From positions 16,580 through 80,579 of the forward strand of contig JAZRAL010000052.1 in the NCBI GenBank assembly GCA_045634545.1: a stretch of DNA of 64,000 nucleotides, read 5' to 3'. The notes beneath the pieces are model-generated. The model was not told the DNA's origin and did no database searches. It saw nothing but the letters and a program-made list of their open reading frames with translations. Positions 28,016 through 38,695 of the stretch are shown piece after piece. The stretch's first letter is position 1. Every line of letters starts with the position of its first letter. The translations under genes and the position numbers were made by a program. This stretch comes from Alphaproteobacteria bacterium (GTDB lineage: Bacteria > Pseudomonadota > Alphaproteobacteria > RF32 > CAG-239).

Positions 28016-28651
28016 ATGATTAACTTAAACAAAAAAACATTAACATCTGCGTTGCTTATAGCTCTTTGCACATACAGCACAAGTTCTTTTTCTGCAACCA
28101 AAGATGAAGATACCTTAAAAGTAGAAAATTACCTCAACTCAATCAAAACATTACGTGCAAATTTCATCCAAATTGCAAGCAATGGAGAAAAAGTTGAAGG
28201 TCGTATCTACATAGAAAAACCAAATAAAATCAGAATGGAATATAATGCCCCATCAGATATCTTAATTGTCGGTAATGGTGACTATATTGTCTATTATGAT
28301 AAGGAATTAGATCAAATTACAAATATCGATTACGAAGATATTCCAGCAGCTATGATACTTGCAAACACTGTAAATATAGACGGAAAAGAACTTCAAGTAA
28401 CCGATTTTTACCAAGACCCAGGAGTAACTAAAGTAAGTCTAGAATATTCAAAAGATGAATTAGGACCATTTACATTAGTATTTTCAAATACTCCATTTGA
28501 GCTAAAACAATGGAAGGTTATAACACCACAATCAATGGAAGTTTCTTTATCATTATATGACACAGTAACTGATGGTAAACTAGATGATAAGCTTTTTGAA
28601 TTCCGTAAAAACGACGAAACAAGAAAATCTTCATCATCAAGACGCAAATAA
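28016..28651 (+). CDS. lolA: outer-membrane lipoprotein carrier protein
   Basis: Signal peptide plus LRANFIQ...GRIYIEKPNKIRMEY, a typical LolA N-terminal pattern. Confidence 0.8.
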   Translation: MINLNKKTLTSALLIALCTYSTSSFSATKDEDTLKVENYLNSIKTLRANFIQIASNGEKVEGRIYIEKPNKIRMEYNAPSDILIVGNGDYIVYYDKELDQITNIDYEDIPAAMILANTVNIDGKELQVTDFYQDPGVTKVSLEYSKDELGPFTLVFSNTPFELKQWKVITPQSMEVSLSLYDTVTDGKLDDKLFEFRKNDETRKSSSSRRK

Positions 28652-28656
28652 AAAAA

Positions 28657-28686
28657 GGGGGATATTTCCCCCTCTTCTTTTTTTTA
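28657..28686. terminator. bidirectional terminator between lolA and the amidase gene
   Basis: GGGGG/CCCCC stem flanked by an A-run and a T-run. Confidence 0.55.
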
Positions 28687-28695
28687 TAGTCTTTT

Positions 28696-29859
28696 TTATA
28701 TAGAAACTTCAGGATCCTTAAAATATCTATCAACCGCCTTTACCATGTGTTCAGCAATTCTTTTTCTGTACCAAGGTTGTCTTAACTGCTTTTCTTCCGT
28801 ATAGTTAGATAAATATCCCATCTCAAGCAACACAGAAGGAACATCTGGAGCTTTAAGCACTGCAAAACCAGCAAACTTATGCGCATTATTAACCATCTTC
28901 ACATTACGCTTAACTTCATTAACAACATAAGTCGCAAACTTAGATGACTTATTTCTACTATCATTTTGAGAAAGAGAAATCAATACATCATTAATTTCAG
29001 GAGAATTATCAGAGAAATCCATTCCATCAATAATATCAGCTTTATTTTCTCTTTCAGCTAAAGCTTCTGCCTCTTTATCGGATGCTGTTTCAGAAAGAGT
29101 ATAAATAGAAAAACCTTGAGCCTTACGATTAACAGTACTATCTGCATGAATACTAATAAACAAATCAGCATGGTAGCCTCTTGCAATCTGTACTCTTCTT
29201 CTCAAAGGAATAAATATATCTGTAGAGCGAGTCAAATAAACTTTATATCCTTTAGCTTCTAGCATACGTTTTAACTCTTTACCCATAGAAAGAGTAATAT
29301 TCTTCTCATATGTTTTATATGACCTACCAATAGCACCAGGATCTTTACCGCCATGTCCAGGATCAAGAACTACAACTTTTTTAGCTTTAACTCTAGGTCC
29401 GTTATTATTAGTAGCAGAAGTTATCACAACGCCACTATTTGTTGTATTAAGGTCAATGACTAAACGCCAATTCTTTTGAGTTGCATTAGGCTCTAAAATA
29501 AATTTCTTTTTAATATTTGCATTACCATTCAATACAAAAACGATTCGCTTACCTTTCACATTATTAAGCTCGCCAAACCTAATTTCACTAACCAATTTAT
29601 TTTTTGCAATTTTAGGCTTGTCTTTAAGAGTTGCATTTTTAACATCAATTACTAACCTATTAGGATTATCAAGTAAAAACGCATCATAATCAAATTTTTC
29701 ACTACCATCAATTACAAGCCTAACACCATCAGGCTGTTGACCTGTTCTAATATCTTTAATAACATTATTTGCCAAAGCAACATTTGTGCTAAATAATAAG
29801 CACAAAAACATTACCCAAATTCTTTTAACAATTTTATTATAAAACAAGTCCATCATCAT
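28696..29859 (-). CDS. N-acetylmuramoyl-L-alanine amidase (Amidase_3) with an N-terminal AMIN domain
   Basis: VVLDPGHGGKDPGA, SIHADS and LLEMGYLSN motifs. The N-terminus is AMIN-like (VRLVIDGSE...RLVIDV). Confidence 0.88.
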   Translation of the reverse strand: MMMDLFYNKIVKRIWVMFLCLLFSTNVALANNVIKDIRTGQQPDGVRLVIDGSEKFDYDAFLLDNPNRLVIDVKNATLKDKPKIAKNKLVSEIRFGELNNVKGKRIVFVLNGNANIKKKFILEPNATQKNWRLVIDLNTTNSGVVITSATNNNGPRVKAKKVVVLDPGHGGKDPGAIGRSYKTYEKNITLSMGKELKRMLEAKGYKVYLTRSTDIFIPLRRRVQIARGYHADLFISIHADSTVNRKAQGFSIYTLSETASDKEAEALAERENKADIIDGMDFSDNSPEINDVLISLSQNDSRNKSSKFATYVVNEVKRNVKMVNNAHKFAGFAVLKAPDVPSVLLEMGYLSNYTEEKQLRQPWYRKRIAEHMVKAVDRYFKDPEVSI

Positions 29860-30023
29860 AATGTTATAATTAACCTTATACTTTAATGCTTACAACATAT
29901 TTAACAAACTAACTCACAATTTCTTAAAATCCATTTAAAACAAATACCAATAATTAGTTCATATATTTTAACTTTTTTTTCATCAAATCATTTTAGAATA
30001 CAAAATAGCAAAGGAGAAATATC

Positions 30024-30335
30024 ATGTCATTCAGTAAAAAATTAGGAAAAATTGCAGAAAAAATGTTAGACGTAACAAATTCTGCTGTAAAAAAACTTGA
30101 AGACTACGGCGCAAAATCTGCAGCTGAAAATCAAAATGAAAATGCAAAAAAATTAGAAGATGCAATGAAAAAACTATCTCAAAAAATAGAAGAAAATAAA
30201 GAGGCATACGTAAAAAAAGTAGAAGAAAATGCAATTGAAATAGAAAGTTCTTTAAAAGGTTTTTGTAAAGACATAAAAAAAAGAACAAACATTGCTCAAG
30301 AAAAAGCAAATAAAGATACATCAGAAAAAGAATAA
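30024..30335 (+). CDS. Lys/Glu-rich coiled-coil protein, unknown function
   Basis: 103-aa ORF with an AGGAG RBS and a strong terminator after the stop. Confidence 0.45.
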   Translation: MSFSKKLGKIAEKMLDVTNSAVKKLEDYGAKSAAENQNENAKKLEDAMKKLSQKIEENKEAYVKKVEENAIEIESSLKGFCKDIKKRTNIAQEKANKDTSEKE

Positions 30336-30340
30336 AAAAA

Positions 30341-30365
30341 AGCCCCATAGATGTGGGGCTTTCTT
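30341..30365. terminator. bidirectional terminator
   Basis: AGCCCCA/TGGGGCT stem with flanking A- and T-runs, between convergent genes. Confidence 0.6.
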
Positions 30366-30366
30366 A

Positions 30367-32127
30367 TTAAATAAGTTTTTCCAACTCATCAATATAATAC
30401 GCTATCAAATTTAAACCTCCCAGCCAAAATTCCTTATCTTTAGGATTTAACCCAAAAGGTTTAAATATTTCCTCGTAATCACCAATTGCAGTTTTAGATA
30501 ATAACTCTAAATATTTATTCTCAAAATCATCAACTTTATTTTGCATCTTAAGCCAATATAACGAATTCACAACACAATCTGCAAAAGAATACGCATATAC
30601 ATAGAAAGGTAAGAAGAATAAATGGCTAATCTGTCCCCATATATAATCAACACTATCATCAACTACAACAGAAGGGCCAAGACTTGCTTTCATTTCTTCA
30701 ACCCAAATTTCAGATAACCTTTCAGAAGAAATTTCACCTAACTTTCTTTCATCATGCGCTCTTTTCTCAAAAAAATGAAAAGCAATCTGCCTTACAGCCG
30801 TATTAATCATGTCATTAATTTTAACAGTTAACAAAACAATTTTTTCCTCTTTAGTTTTTGCTTTTTTGAGCATAGACTGAAAAACAAGCATCTCTCCAAA
30901 CACAGAAGCAACTTCTTCTGTTGTCAATCTGCAACTTTCATTAAGTTCACCATTATTTCTTCTTAATTGGTGATGACACCCATGTCCTAACTCATGCGCA
31001 AGTGTCAAAACATCATGACGTTTACCTACAAAATTCAAAAATAAAAAAGGATGTTCCTTAACTAATGGTGATGAACAAAAAGCCCCTCCTCTTTTTCCTT
31101 TTTTAGGCGCCACATCAATCCAATCATTTTCAAAAAATTCTTTAGCAATTTCATAAAGTCTAGGAGAAAACTCTTTATACGCATCCAAAACAATCTTAAC
31201 ACTCTCATCCCAATTAAACTCTTTTCCATCTTCAATATCTAAAGGTGCATTTCTATCCCAATAATGAATTTTATCTTTACCCATTAATTTTGCTTTAATC
31301 TTATAAAATCTCCAAGCAATATTCTCATAATTTTCCTTAACACTATTTGCTAAACACTCAACCACCTCATCAGCAACATCTTCAGATAAATTACGAGAAC
31401 TCATTGGCAACTTAAAACCTCTTTTTTCATCCTCAATAGCTTTATCTTTCATTATCATATTGTAGCAAAACGCAAGCATAAACGCATTCTCTTTAGAAAC
31501 TCTATTCATTTCGCGTCCTGCTTTTAATCTTACTTTTTCATCACTAGATGTTGTTAATTTAGACATCTCAGCATCATTATAAGTTTTTCCATCTACTACA
31601 TAATCCAGTCTAGCCATACTCTCTTCATAAAATCTAACCCAAGCTGAACCTGATGTTATATCCTTTTCCAATAAAGTTTTTTCAACATCTTCTGTCAATT
31701 CATACTTTTTATATTTTCTCAATCGTTTAAGGTATGGTGCATACTCATTAAGATTTTTTATCAATTCATTTTGTTTTTTTTCACTTAATTTATTATATTC
31801 CAAACTCCAAAAAACTAAATTAGTCCCAGCTTTAGTGAGCTCTTCCTCTACTTTCTGATTAAGCGCTACAGCTTTACTATCCAGCATATTTGTAGAAAAA
31901 TTAAGATGAGCAAAACCACCTAATCTATGCCCAACATCTCTCATTTTTTCCAAATCATTCAATGCTTTTCTAAATTCTTCTATACTGAGATTTTTTATTC
32001 TTCCTTCATATTTTTTATTAAATTCAACAGCCAACTTTTGATATTTTTTTATATCCTTTTCAATATTAGGATCATCAACCCCTTTATAATATTCACTCAA
32101 ATCCCACACTGGCAATTTTTTACTCAT
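30367..32127 (-). CDS. pepF: oligoendopeptidase F family (M3B) metallopeptidase
   Basis: LAHELGHGCHH zinc motif; 586 aa. Confidence 0.8.
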   Translation of the reverse strand: MSKKLPVWDLSEYYKGVDDPNIEKDIKKYQKLAVEFNKKYEGRIKNLSIEEFRKALNDLEKMRDVGHRLGGFAHLNFSTNMLDSKAVALNQKVEEELTKAGTNLVFWSLEYNKLSEKKQNELIKNLNEYAPYLKRLRKYKKYELTEDVEKTLLEKDITSGSAWVRFYEESMARLDYVVDGKTYNDAEMSKLTTSSDEKVRLKAGREMNRVSKENAFMLAFCYNMIMKDKAIEDEKRGFKLPMSSRNLSEDVADEVVECLANSVKENYENIAWRFYKIKAKLMGKDKIHYWDRNAPLDIEDGKEFNWDESVKIVLDAYKEFSPRLYEIAKEFFENDWIDVAPKKGKRGGAFCSSPLVKEHPFLFLNFVGKRHDVLTLAHELGHGCHHQLRRNNGELNESCRLTTEEVASVFGEMLVFQSMLKKAKTKEEKIVLLTVKINDMINTAVRQIAFHFFEKRAHDERKLGEISSERLSEIWVEEMKASLGPSVVVDDSVDYIWGQISHLFFLPFYVYAYSFADCVVNSLYWLKMQNKVDDFENKYLELLSKTAIGDYEEIFKPFGLNPKDKEFWLGGLNLIAYYIDELEKLI

Positions 32128-32554
32128 CTATACTCTCCTTAACAGAAAAATCAAAAACTCGACCATCTTCATCATTAAGTTTATTTGCTTTTAATAAATC
32201 TTCACTATAAGGTTCAACATCATCATCTTCAAATTCATTAAAATTTTCTTGTTCAAATAAATAGTTTTCCCATGGAGTTTTTTGCTCATTTTTACCCCAT
32301 AAAACAAAACCATTTGCAATAACCCCTATATAACAAACATAGCTTTCTATAATTGCTCTTGCTACACCTAAAATATCTTTTTTTGCACTATATACACTTA
32401 ATTCATTAGCCATATCATAAGTACAACTAGAAAATCCTCTTAATTCTTTATCATTATGAGGAGCTATAGATACAACAAATACAACACCCAATACAAACAA
32501 AGAAAAAATAGCAAGCAAGCAACCAAACCAATATTTTTTTAAAAACTCTACCAA
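32120..32554 (-). CDS. membrane protein with an acidic C-terminal tail, unknown function
   Basis: 144-aa ORF with two TM segments. It overlaps both neighbours by a few nt, consistent with an operon. Confidence 0.5.
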   Translation of the reverse strand: MVEFLKKYWFGCLLAIFSLFVLGVVFVVSIAPHNDKELRGFSSCTYDMANELSVYSAKKDILGVARAIIESYVCYIGVIANGFVLWGKNEQKTPWENYLFEQENFNEFEDDDVEPYSEDLLKANKLNDEDGRVFDFSVKESIDE

Positions 32555-33282
32555 TTTTCTCTATCCTTATAAAAACTTTCAAGCAATTCCAACTCTTCTC
32601 TTGTATTTGCACTCGCTACTTCCTTACAGTTACCTTCAATAGCAGTACACTTAAGCCCCATATCACGAGCAACTTCAACAGCATCTGTTAAATAATACTC
32701 TTTAGAAGCATTATTATTTCCGATTCTATCTAAGATATCAAACAAATATTTTCCATCAAAACCCATACAACCTGAATTACAAAAGCCAATCATCTTTTCT
32801 TCTTCTGTTGCATCTTTAAACTCAACAATAGATTTAAGCTCATCACCCTCCATTTTCAAGCGACCATATCTTGCAGGATCCTTAGGATTAAAACCAAGTA
32901 CTACAACACTAAATCCCCTTTCAATCATATCAACTGTTTTTAAAAAGGTTTTCTTTGTAATAAGAGGAGTATCACCAAAAATTACAAGCACAGGTCCTTC
33001 AAATTTGCCTAACACATCTTTAGCGCATTTAACTGCATGCCCAGTCCCCAATTGCTCTTCTTGAACTGCAGTTTTATAGGGTTTAACTTCATTTTTAACA
33101 AGTTCGCCATCTTTAGAAATAATTGTCACAATTTCCTTTGTTCCCATATCTTCTAACGTATTGATAATATGTTTTATCATAGGTACATTACTAACTTTCA
33201 TCATAACCTTAGGAAGGTCTGATTTCATTCTTGTACCTTTACCTGCACCTAAAATAATTGCTGCAATATTCTTCTTTTCCAT
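32548..33282 (-). CDS. sugar-1-phosphate nucleotidyltransferase resembling only the N-terminal (uridyltransferase) domain of GlmU
   Basis: AAIILGAGKGTRMKSDLPKVM and EQLGTGHAV motifs. ~244 aa with no left-handed beta-helix acetyltransferase domain. The ATG at 33282 has an AAGAGGA RBS. Confidence 0.7.
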   Translation of the reverse strand: MEKKNIAAIILGAGKGTRMKSDLPKVMMKVSNVPMIKHIINTLEDMGTKEIVTIISKDGELVKNEVKPYKTAVQEEQLGTGHAVKCAKDVLGKFEGPVLVIFGDTPLITKKTFLKTVDMIERGFSVVVLGFNPKDPARYGRLKMEGDELKSIVEFKDATEEEKMIGFCNSGCMGFDGKYLFDILDRIGNNNASKEYYLTDAVEVARDMGLKCTAIEGNCKEVASANTREELELLESFYKDRENW

Positions 33283-33385
33283 AGTTATCCTCTTATTCAA
33301 ATTAATTTCTTGAGTTTATTTCTAAATCATAATATAAAAAACAATATATCAATTACTAAAATCACGCAACCCCTAAGGAGAAGAT

Positions 33386-35458
33386 ATGAAGAAGTTTTTT
33401 GTTTGCATATTATCTATTTTTGTATATTTTTCCCAAACTCCTGCATTTTCTGGCATTCAAAGTATCTCAGCACAGCCTTCTTCTAAAGCTGTTAATCCTA
33501 AGAGCTATGATCAACAATTAAAAAAACTATATAAAGAAATACCAAACCTAAATGATAAAAAAGCTGTAGAAAAATATCTAGAAAAGCGCTTAAAAATTAC
33601 TACTCGTGCAAACATCAACCCAAACGAAATATACACCCCAAAATCAACTAATATTATTGATTTAAATGAAAGAGCTAAAAAAATAGAAGAAAATACTCTT
33701 TCTGCTTATGAAAAAATTTACGAGCAAAGTCTAGAAAACGCATCTAAAACAGGAACAATTAATGAAAACCTTGAATTAAAAGGTGTTTTCTTTCGTGAGC
33801 GTAAACCTCAACAACAAGAAAAATTTGTTCCAGATTTTCCTTATGTAACAATAAAACTATCTGAAGATAGAGAAATTATGGCTCCTGCGGAAGAGCATAT
33901 TGCTTACTTATTAACAACAATCAAAATAGAACCAATTGGTTTAATCCGTGTTACTGAAGAATTTGTATTTGTATCAAACAATCAAGGTTTTCCCCAAGGA
34001 TTTTTCAGAATTCTACCTAAATATACTTATTCACGTTTAGGAAAACGTCGCCGTTTAGATTTCACATTAGATAACGTAACAATAAACAATCAGCCATATC
34101 AATACAAGGTTACAGAAGTTGGAAACAATTTATATATAGAACCCAAAACACCGATAAAACTACCTACTGGAGTACATACATATAAATTTAAATATTACAT
34201 AGATCGTACATTTTGGAACTACTCTGACTATGATGAATTTTATTGGGATATAACAGGAAGAACCCTAAAAAATGTTGTAGGTTCAGCCAATGCCCTCATT
34301 ATCTTACCTAAAGGTCAAACATTCCTAGCTCAAAATGCTATTGCTTCTACTAGGCTGGGACTAAATTCTAAACGTGTAACTATAACAACATTAGATAAAA
34401 ACTCTCTTGGTTTTGCAGATACAGAAGCTCTTGGTGTTGGAGAAGATATCCATCTTTTAATAACCCTAAATAAAGGCACATTACTACCACCAAGTACTAC
34501 ACAAAAATATCTTTGGTTTATTCAAGATTTTGGTTCAGAATTTTTTGCCCTCCTTGCCTTGCTTGCAATATTTTTATCATATAAAATTTCTCTAAAGCAA
34601 ATACATAGAAACCAAGACAAAACTAGAGCATCAATAAAAAAATCTCCTAGCACTTGGCGTTTGTTAAACAAAAATATTTTTGATAACCGCTCATTTGGCG
34701 CAGAAATACTAAATTTATGCTCCAAAAATATTTTAGAATTATCCGCAAATAATCAGACTGTAACATTAATTAAAAAAACAGATAATTTAAATGCTCTAAC
34801 CAAATCAGAAAAGACATTCTTATCACATCTTTTCCCTGGCACATCTACTACGCTTTCTTCCACAAAAGAAGCTTCCTTAAGACTCAAAAGAGCATTTTTA
34901 TATTTAAAAACAACAACAAACAAAGAAATTATAATCTACAAGTTTAAGTTAAATATTTTTTATCTCATATTTAGTCTCTCTATGTTAATAGCTGGATTTA
35001 TCGCATCATCAATGTTAGCAACCAATCCTTTACATACATTGTTTGTTATCATGACATGCTCAATAATTATCACTCCATTAGTTCTTTTATGTACAGCAAA
35101 CATAAAAAAACGCTATATTTCATTACTTGTTAAATTACTTTCATTTCTTGCTATCTTATTTGTTGCAAGCTGGTTATCAATTTACACTTCAAAATTTTAT
35201 ACAATATTAGTAATATTAACAATATACGTAATCTTTTCATACAATAAAATGTTCTCTCAAAGAAATGGCTTGTTAAGAAATAAAATCAAAGAAACAGAAA
35301 ACTATAAAAACTATCTACAAAAAAATCCTGAACTTACAATAGATAGTCGTGATTTTGCAACAAAAGCACCATATATTTATGCTTTTGAGCTAGAAAACTT
35401 ATATACACAATCTTCGATATTTACACAAATCACAAAACTTATAAATGCGAAAGGATAA
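33386..35458 (+). CDS. DUF2207-like membrane protein
   Basis: Signal peptide, a large extracytoplasmic domain (IRVTEEFVFVSN...GFFRILP), then several C-terminal TM segments. Confidence 0.55.
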   Translation: MKKFFVCILSIFVYFSQTPAFSGIQSISAQPSSKAVNPKSYDQQLKKLYKEIPNLNDKKAVEKYLEKRLKITTRANINPNEIYTPKSTNIIDLNERAKKIEENTLSAYEKIYEQSLENASKTGTINENLELKGVFFRERKPQQQEKFVPDFPYVTIKLSEDREIMAPAEEHIAYLLTTIKIEPIGLIRVTEEFVFVSNNQGFPQGFFRILPKYTYSRLGKRRRLDFTLDNVTINNQPYQYKVTEVGNNLYIEPKTPIKLPTGVHTYKFKYYIDRTFWNYSDYDEFYWDITGRTLKNVVGSANALIILPKGQTFLAQNAIASTRLGLNSKRVTITTLDKNSLGFADTEALGVGEDIHLLITLNKGTLLPPSTTQKYLWFIQDFGSEFFALLALLAIFLSYKISLKQIHRNQDKTRASIKKSPSTWRLLNKNIFDNRSFGAEILNLCSKNILELSANNQTVTLIKKTDNLNALTKSEKTFLSHLFPGTSTTLSSTKEASLRLKRAFLYLKTTTNKEIIIYKFKLNIFYLIFSLSMLIAGFIASSMLATNPLHTLFVIMTCSIIITPLVLLCTANIKKRYISLLVKLLSFLAILFVASWLSIYTSKFYTILVILTIYVIFSYNKMFSQRNGLLRNKIKETENYKNYLQKNPELTIDSRDFATKAPYIYAFELENLYTQSSIFTQITKLINAKG

Positions 35459-35462
35459 AACA

Positions 35463-36350
35463 ATGAAAGGTATTATTCTTGCTGGTGGAACAGGCTCAAG
35501 ACTATATCCATCAACTCTTTGCACCTCTAAACAACTATTACCTGTATATGATAAACCAATGATATACTACCCTTTGTCTGTACTAATGCTCTTTGGTATA
35601 TCAGAAATACTTATCATTTCAACTAAAGAAGACACCCCAAATATCAAACGCTTATTTGGTGATGGTAGTCAATTTGGCCTAAAATTTGAATATAAGGTTC
35701 AAGACAAACCAAATGGTATTGCCGAAGCATTTATTTTAGGTAAAGATTTTATTGGTAATGATAGAGTTTGCTTAATTCTAGGAGACAACATATTCTACAT
35801 CCAATCACAAATGAAAAACTATCGCAATATAATAAAAGAAAATAACAACTCAGCAACAGTGTTTGGATATCATGTATCTGACCCTGAACGCTTTGGTGTT
35901 ATAGAATTTGATGAAAATAAAAAAGTAATATCCATAGAAGAAAAACCTAAAAAACCAAAATCAAACTACGCAGTAACAGGTTTGTACTTCTACCCAAGTG
36001 ATGTTGTTGAAAAAGCCTCTAACCTAAAACCATCAAAAAGAGGTGAATTAGAAATAACTGACCTAAATCAAAAATACCTAAAAGAAGGTCGTCTAAATGT
36101 AATTCCATTAAAAAGAGGAAATGCTTGGCTTGATGCAGGAACACCAGATAGTTTAATGGAATCATCACAATTTGTTCAAATCATAGAACAACGTCAAGGC
36201 TTAAAACTTGCCTGCATAGAAGAAATTGCATATCGTCAAGGATTTATTACCAAAACCCAAATGGAAGACTTAATAAATTCCTTAAAAGATGGCATTCCAT
36301 ACAAAGAATATTTAAAGAAAGTATACGAGGAACATCATGAACTTTACTAA
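35463..36350 (+). CDS. rfbA: glucose-1-phosphate thymidylyltransferase
   Basis: MKGIILAGGTGSRLYP...SKQLLPVYDKPMIYYPL. Confidence 0.95.
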   Translation: MKGIILAGGTGSRLYPSTLCTSKQLLPVYDKPMIYYPLSVLMLFGISEILIISTKEDTPNIKRLFGDGSQFGLKFEYKVQDKPNGIAEAFILGKDFIGNDRVCLILGDNIFYIQSQMKNYRNIIKENNNSATVFGYHVSDPERFGVIEFDENKKVISIEEKPKKPKSNYAVTGLYFYPSDVVEKASNLKPSKRGELEITDLNQKYLKEGRLNVIPLKRGNAWLDAGTPDSLMESSQFVQIIEQRQGLKLACIEEIAYRQGFITKTQMEDLINSLKDGIPYKEYLKKVYEEHHELY

Positions 36351-36885
36351 AACCAAACTAGATGGTGTATACATCATCACTCCACGTGTATTCAAAGATA
36401 CTCGCGGATACTTTTTCGAAAGTTACAGCAAAAAAGAATTTGAAGAAAATGGCTTATTCTATGACTTTGTTCAAGATAACCAATCATTTTCAAGTTATGG
36501 CACAATAAGAGGTCTTCACTTTCAAAAAGGCGCTTCTGCGCAAGCCAAACTAGTTCGTGTAATAAAAGGTGAAGTTTTAGACGTTGCCGTTGATATTCGT
36601 CGCAATTCCCCAACATACGGACAACACGTTGCCGTACACTTATCCGAAGAAAACGGTCAACAACTTTTAATTCCAAGAGGTTTTGCTCATGGTTTTTCAG
36701 TATTATCAGAAACAGCAATTTTTGCCTATAAGTGCGATAACTTTTATGATAAATCAGCAGAAGGCGGACTTTGTGTAACAGACCCAGATCTTAATATAGA
36801 CTGGAAAATAGACATGACAAAAGCCAACGTATTAGAAAGAGATTTAAATCACCCTAAATTAAAGGATTTAGAGCCATGTTTTTAG
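36337..36885 (+). CDS. rfbC: dTDP-4-dehydrorhamnose 3,5-epimerase
   Basis: FxDxRGxF (KDTRGYFFES) and RGLHFQ motifs. Confidence 0.95.
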   Translation: MNFTKTKLDGVYIITPRVFKDTRGYFFESYSKKEFEENGLFYDFVQDNQSFSSYGTIRGLHFQKGASAQAKLVRVIKGEVLDVAVDIRRNSPTYGQHVAVHLSEENGQQLLIPRGFAHGFSVLSETAIFAYKCDNFYDKSAEGGLCVTDPDLNIDWKIDMTKANVLERDLNHPKLKDLEPCF

Positions 36886-37700
36886 TAACAGGATGTAACG
36901 GACAACTAGGCACTGCCCTACAATCATTATTAGGCAATAATGCTGAATATATAGATGTACAAGACCTAGATTTAACAAACGAGTCTGCCGTAAAAGAATA
37001 TTTTTCAAACCATACTTATGACTTTGTAATCAACTGCGCAGCTTATACTGCAGTAGATAAAGCAGAGCAAGATATTAAAACAGCTCAAAACGTAAACGAG
37101 CTAGCTCCACTATATTTAGCAAAATACGCTAAAAGAGTTGTTCACATATCAACTGACTATGTTTTTGATGGCACTTCGCATAAACCATATACCGAAAACG
37201 ACCCAACAACCCCTCTTTCTGTATATGGCAAAACCAAAAGACAAGGTGAAGAAAACGTACTCAAATATTCAGATACTGCAATTGTTATAAGAACAGCATG
37301 GCTATATTCACCACATGGTTCAAACTTTGTAAAAACAATGCGTAAATTAGGCTCAGAAAGAGATTCTCTAAATGTTGTGTTTGACCAAGTAGGTTCGCCA
37401 ACAAATGCTTATGATTTAGCTCAAGCAATTGTTACAGCCCTCCCACAAATAAAAGATGGCGAAAAAGAAATCTTTCACTTCACAAACGAAGGTGTTTGCT
37501 CATGGTATGACTTTGCTTTAGAAATTATGGAACAATCACAACTTTCTTGCAAAGTAAATCCAATAGAAAGCAAAGATTATCCAACTCCAGCACATCGCCC
37601 ACATTATAGTGTGCTAAACAAAAACAAGATTAAACAACGTTTTAATATTGAAATCCCACATTGGAAGGAAGGCCTAAGAAAATGTCTCAAACAATTTTAG
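36876..37700 (+). CDS. rfbD: dTDP-4-dehydrorhamnose reductase
   Basis: TGCNGQLG Rossmann motif, STDYVFDG and YGKTK. Confidence 0.9.
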   Translation: MFLVTGCNGQLGTALQSLLGNNAEYIDVQDLDLTNESAVKEYFSNHTYDFVINCAAYTAVDKAEQDIKTAQNVNELAPLYLAKYAKRVVHISTDYVFDGTSHKPYTENDPTTPLSVYGKTKRQGEENVLKYSDTAIVIRTAWLYSPHGSNFVKTMRKLGSERDSLNVVFDQVGSPTNAYDLAQAIVTALPQIKDGEKEIFHFTNEGVCSWYDFALEIMEQSQLSCKVNPIESKDYPTPAHRPHYSVLNKNKIKQRFNIEIPHWKEGLRKCLKQF

Positions 37701-38695
37701 TAACTGGAGGAGCTGGCTTTATTGGTGCTAACTTCATCCCATATTTTATGGAAAAACATCCAACATATAAAATTATAAATCTAGATAAATTAACCTATGC
37801 CGGTAATTTAGATAACCTAAAAGAAGTAGAAAATAATCCAAACTACACTTTCATAAAAGGCGACATCTGTGATGAAAGCTTTATCAATGATTTATTTAAT
37901 AAATTTAACATAACAGGTGTAATTCACTTCGCTGCAGAAAGCCATGTAGATAATTCTATCTCAGGTCCAAGAGCATTCATCAATACTAATTTAATCGGCA
38001 CATTTAATTTATTAGAAGCATGTCGCACTCATTGGTATGATGCTCCATTCACACCTAAAACAGGATGTGAAAATTATCGTTTTCACCACATATCAACAGA
38101 TGAAGTATTTGGCACATTAGGTGACACAGGTTTCTTTACAGAAACAACTCCATATGCACCAAATTCCCCATATTCAGCCTCTAAGGCAGGTTCAGACTTT
38201 TTAGTTAGAGCATACAGACACACATTTGGTTTAAATACAACCACATCAAACTGCTCAAACAACTATGGTCCTAAACAACATGGTGAAAAATTAATTCCAA
38301 CCATCATCAGAAACTGCCTAAATCAAAGCCCTATTCCAATTTATGGAAACGGCAAAAATATCAGAGACTGGTTATATGTAACAGACCATGCCAAAGCGAT
38401 TGATATTATATATCACAATGGAGTACTTGGTGAAACATATAATGTTGGTGGACACAATGAACTCACCAATTTAGATATCACACACACAATTTGTGAAATT
38501 CTAGATAACGAGCGCCCTCGTCCAGATGGCAAAAAATATAAAGAGCTCATCACATTCGTAAAAGATAGAGACGGACACGACAAACGTTATGCAATAGACC
38601 CAACAAAAATCGAAACAGAACTATCATACAAACCTGATGAAACATTCAAAACAGGTATCGTTAAAACTGTTAGATGGTACTTAAATAAACAATAA
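37682..38695 (+). CDS. rfbB: dTDP-glucose 4,6-dehydratase
   Basis: VTGGAGFIG, ISTDEVFG and YSASKAGSD motifs. The start is taken at MSQTILV. Confidence 0.95.
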   Translation: MSQTILVTGGAGFIGANFIPYFMEKHPTYKIINLDKLTYAGNLDNLKEVENNPNYTFIKGDICDESFINDLFNKFNITGVIHFAAESHVDNSISGPRAFINTNLIGTFNLLEACRTHWYDAPFTPKTGCENYRFHHISTDEVFGTLGDTGFFTETTPYAPNSPYSASKAGSDFLVRAYRHTFGLNTTTSNCSNNYGPKQHGEKLIPTIIRNCLNQSPIPIYGNGKNIRDWLYVTDHAKAIDIIYHNGVLGETYNVGGHNELTNLDITHTICEILDNERPRPDGKKYKELITFVKDRDGHDKRYAIDPTKIETELSYKPDETFKTGIVKTVRWYLNKQ

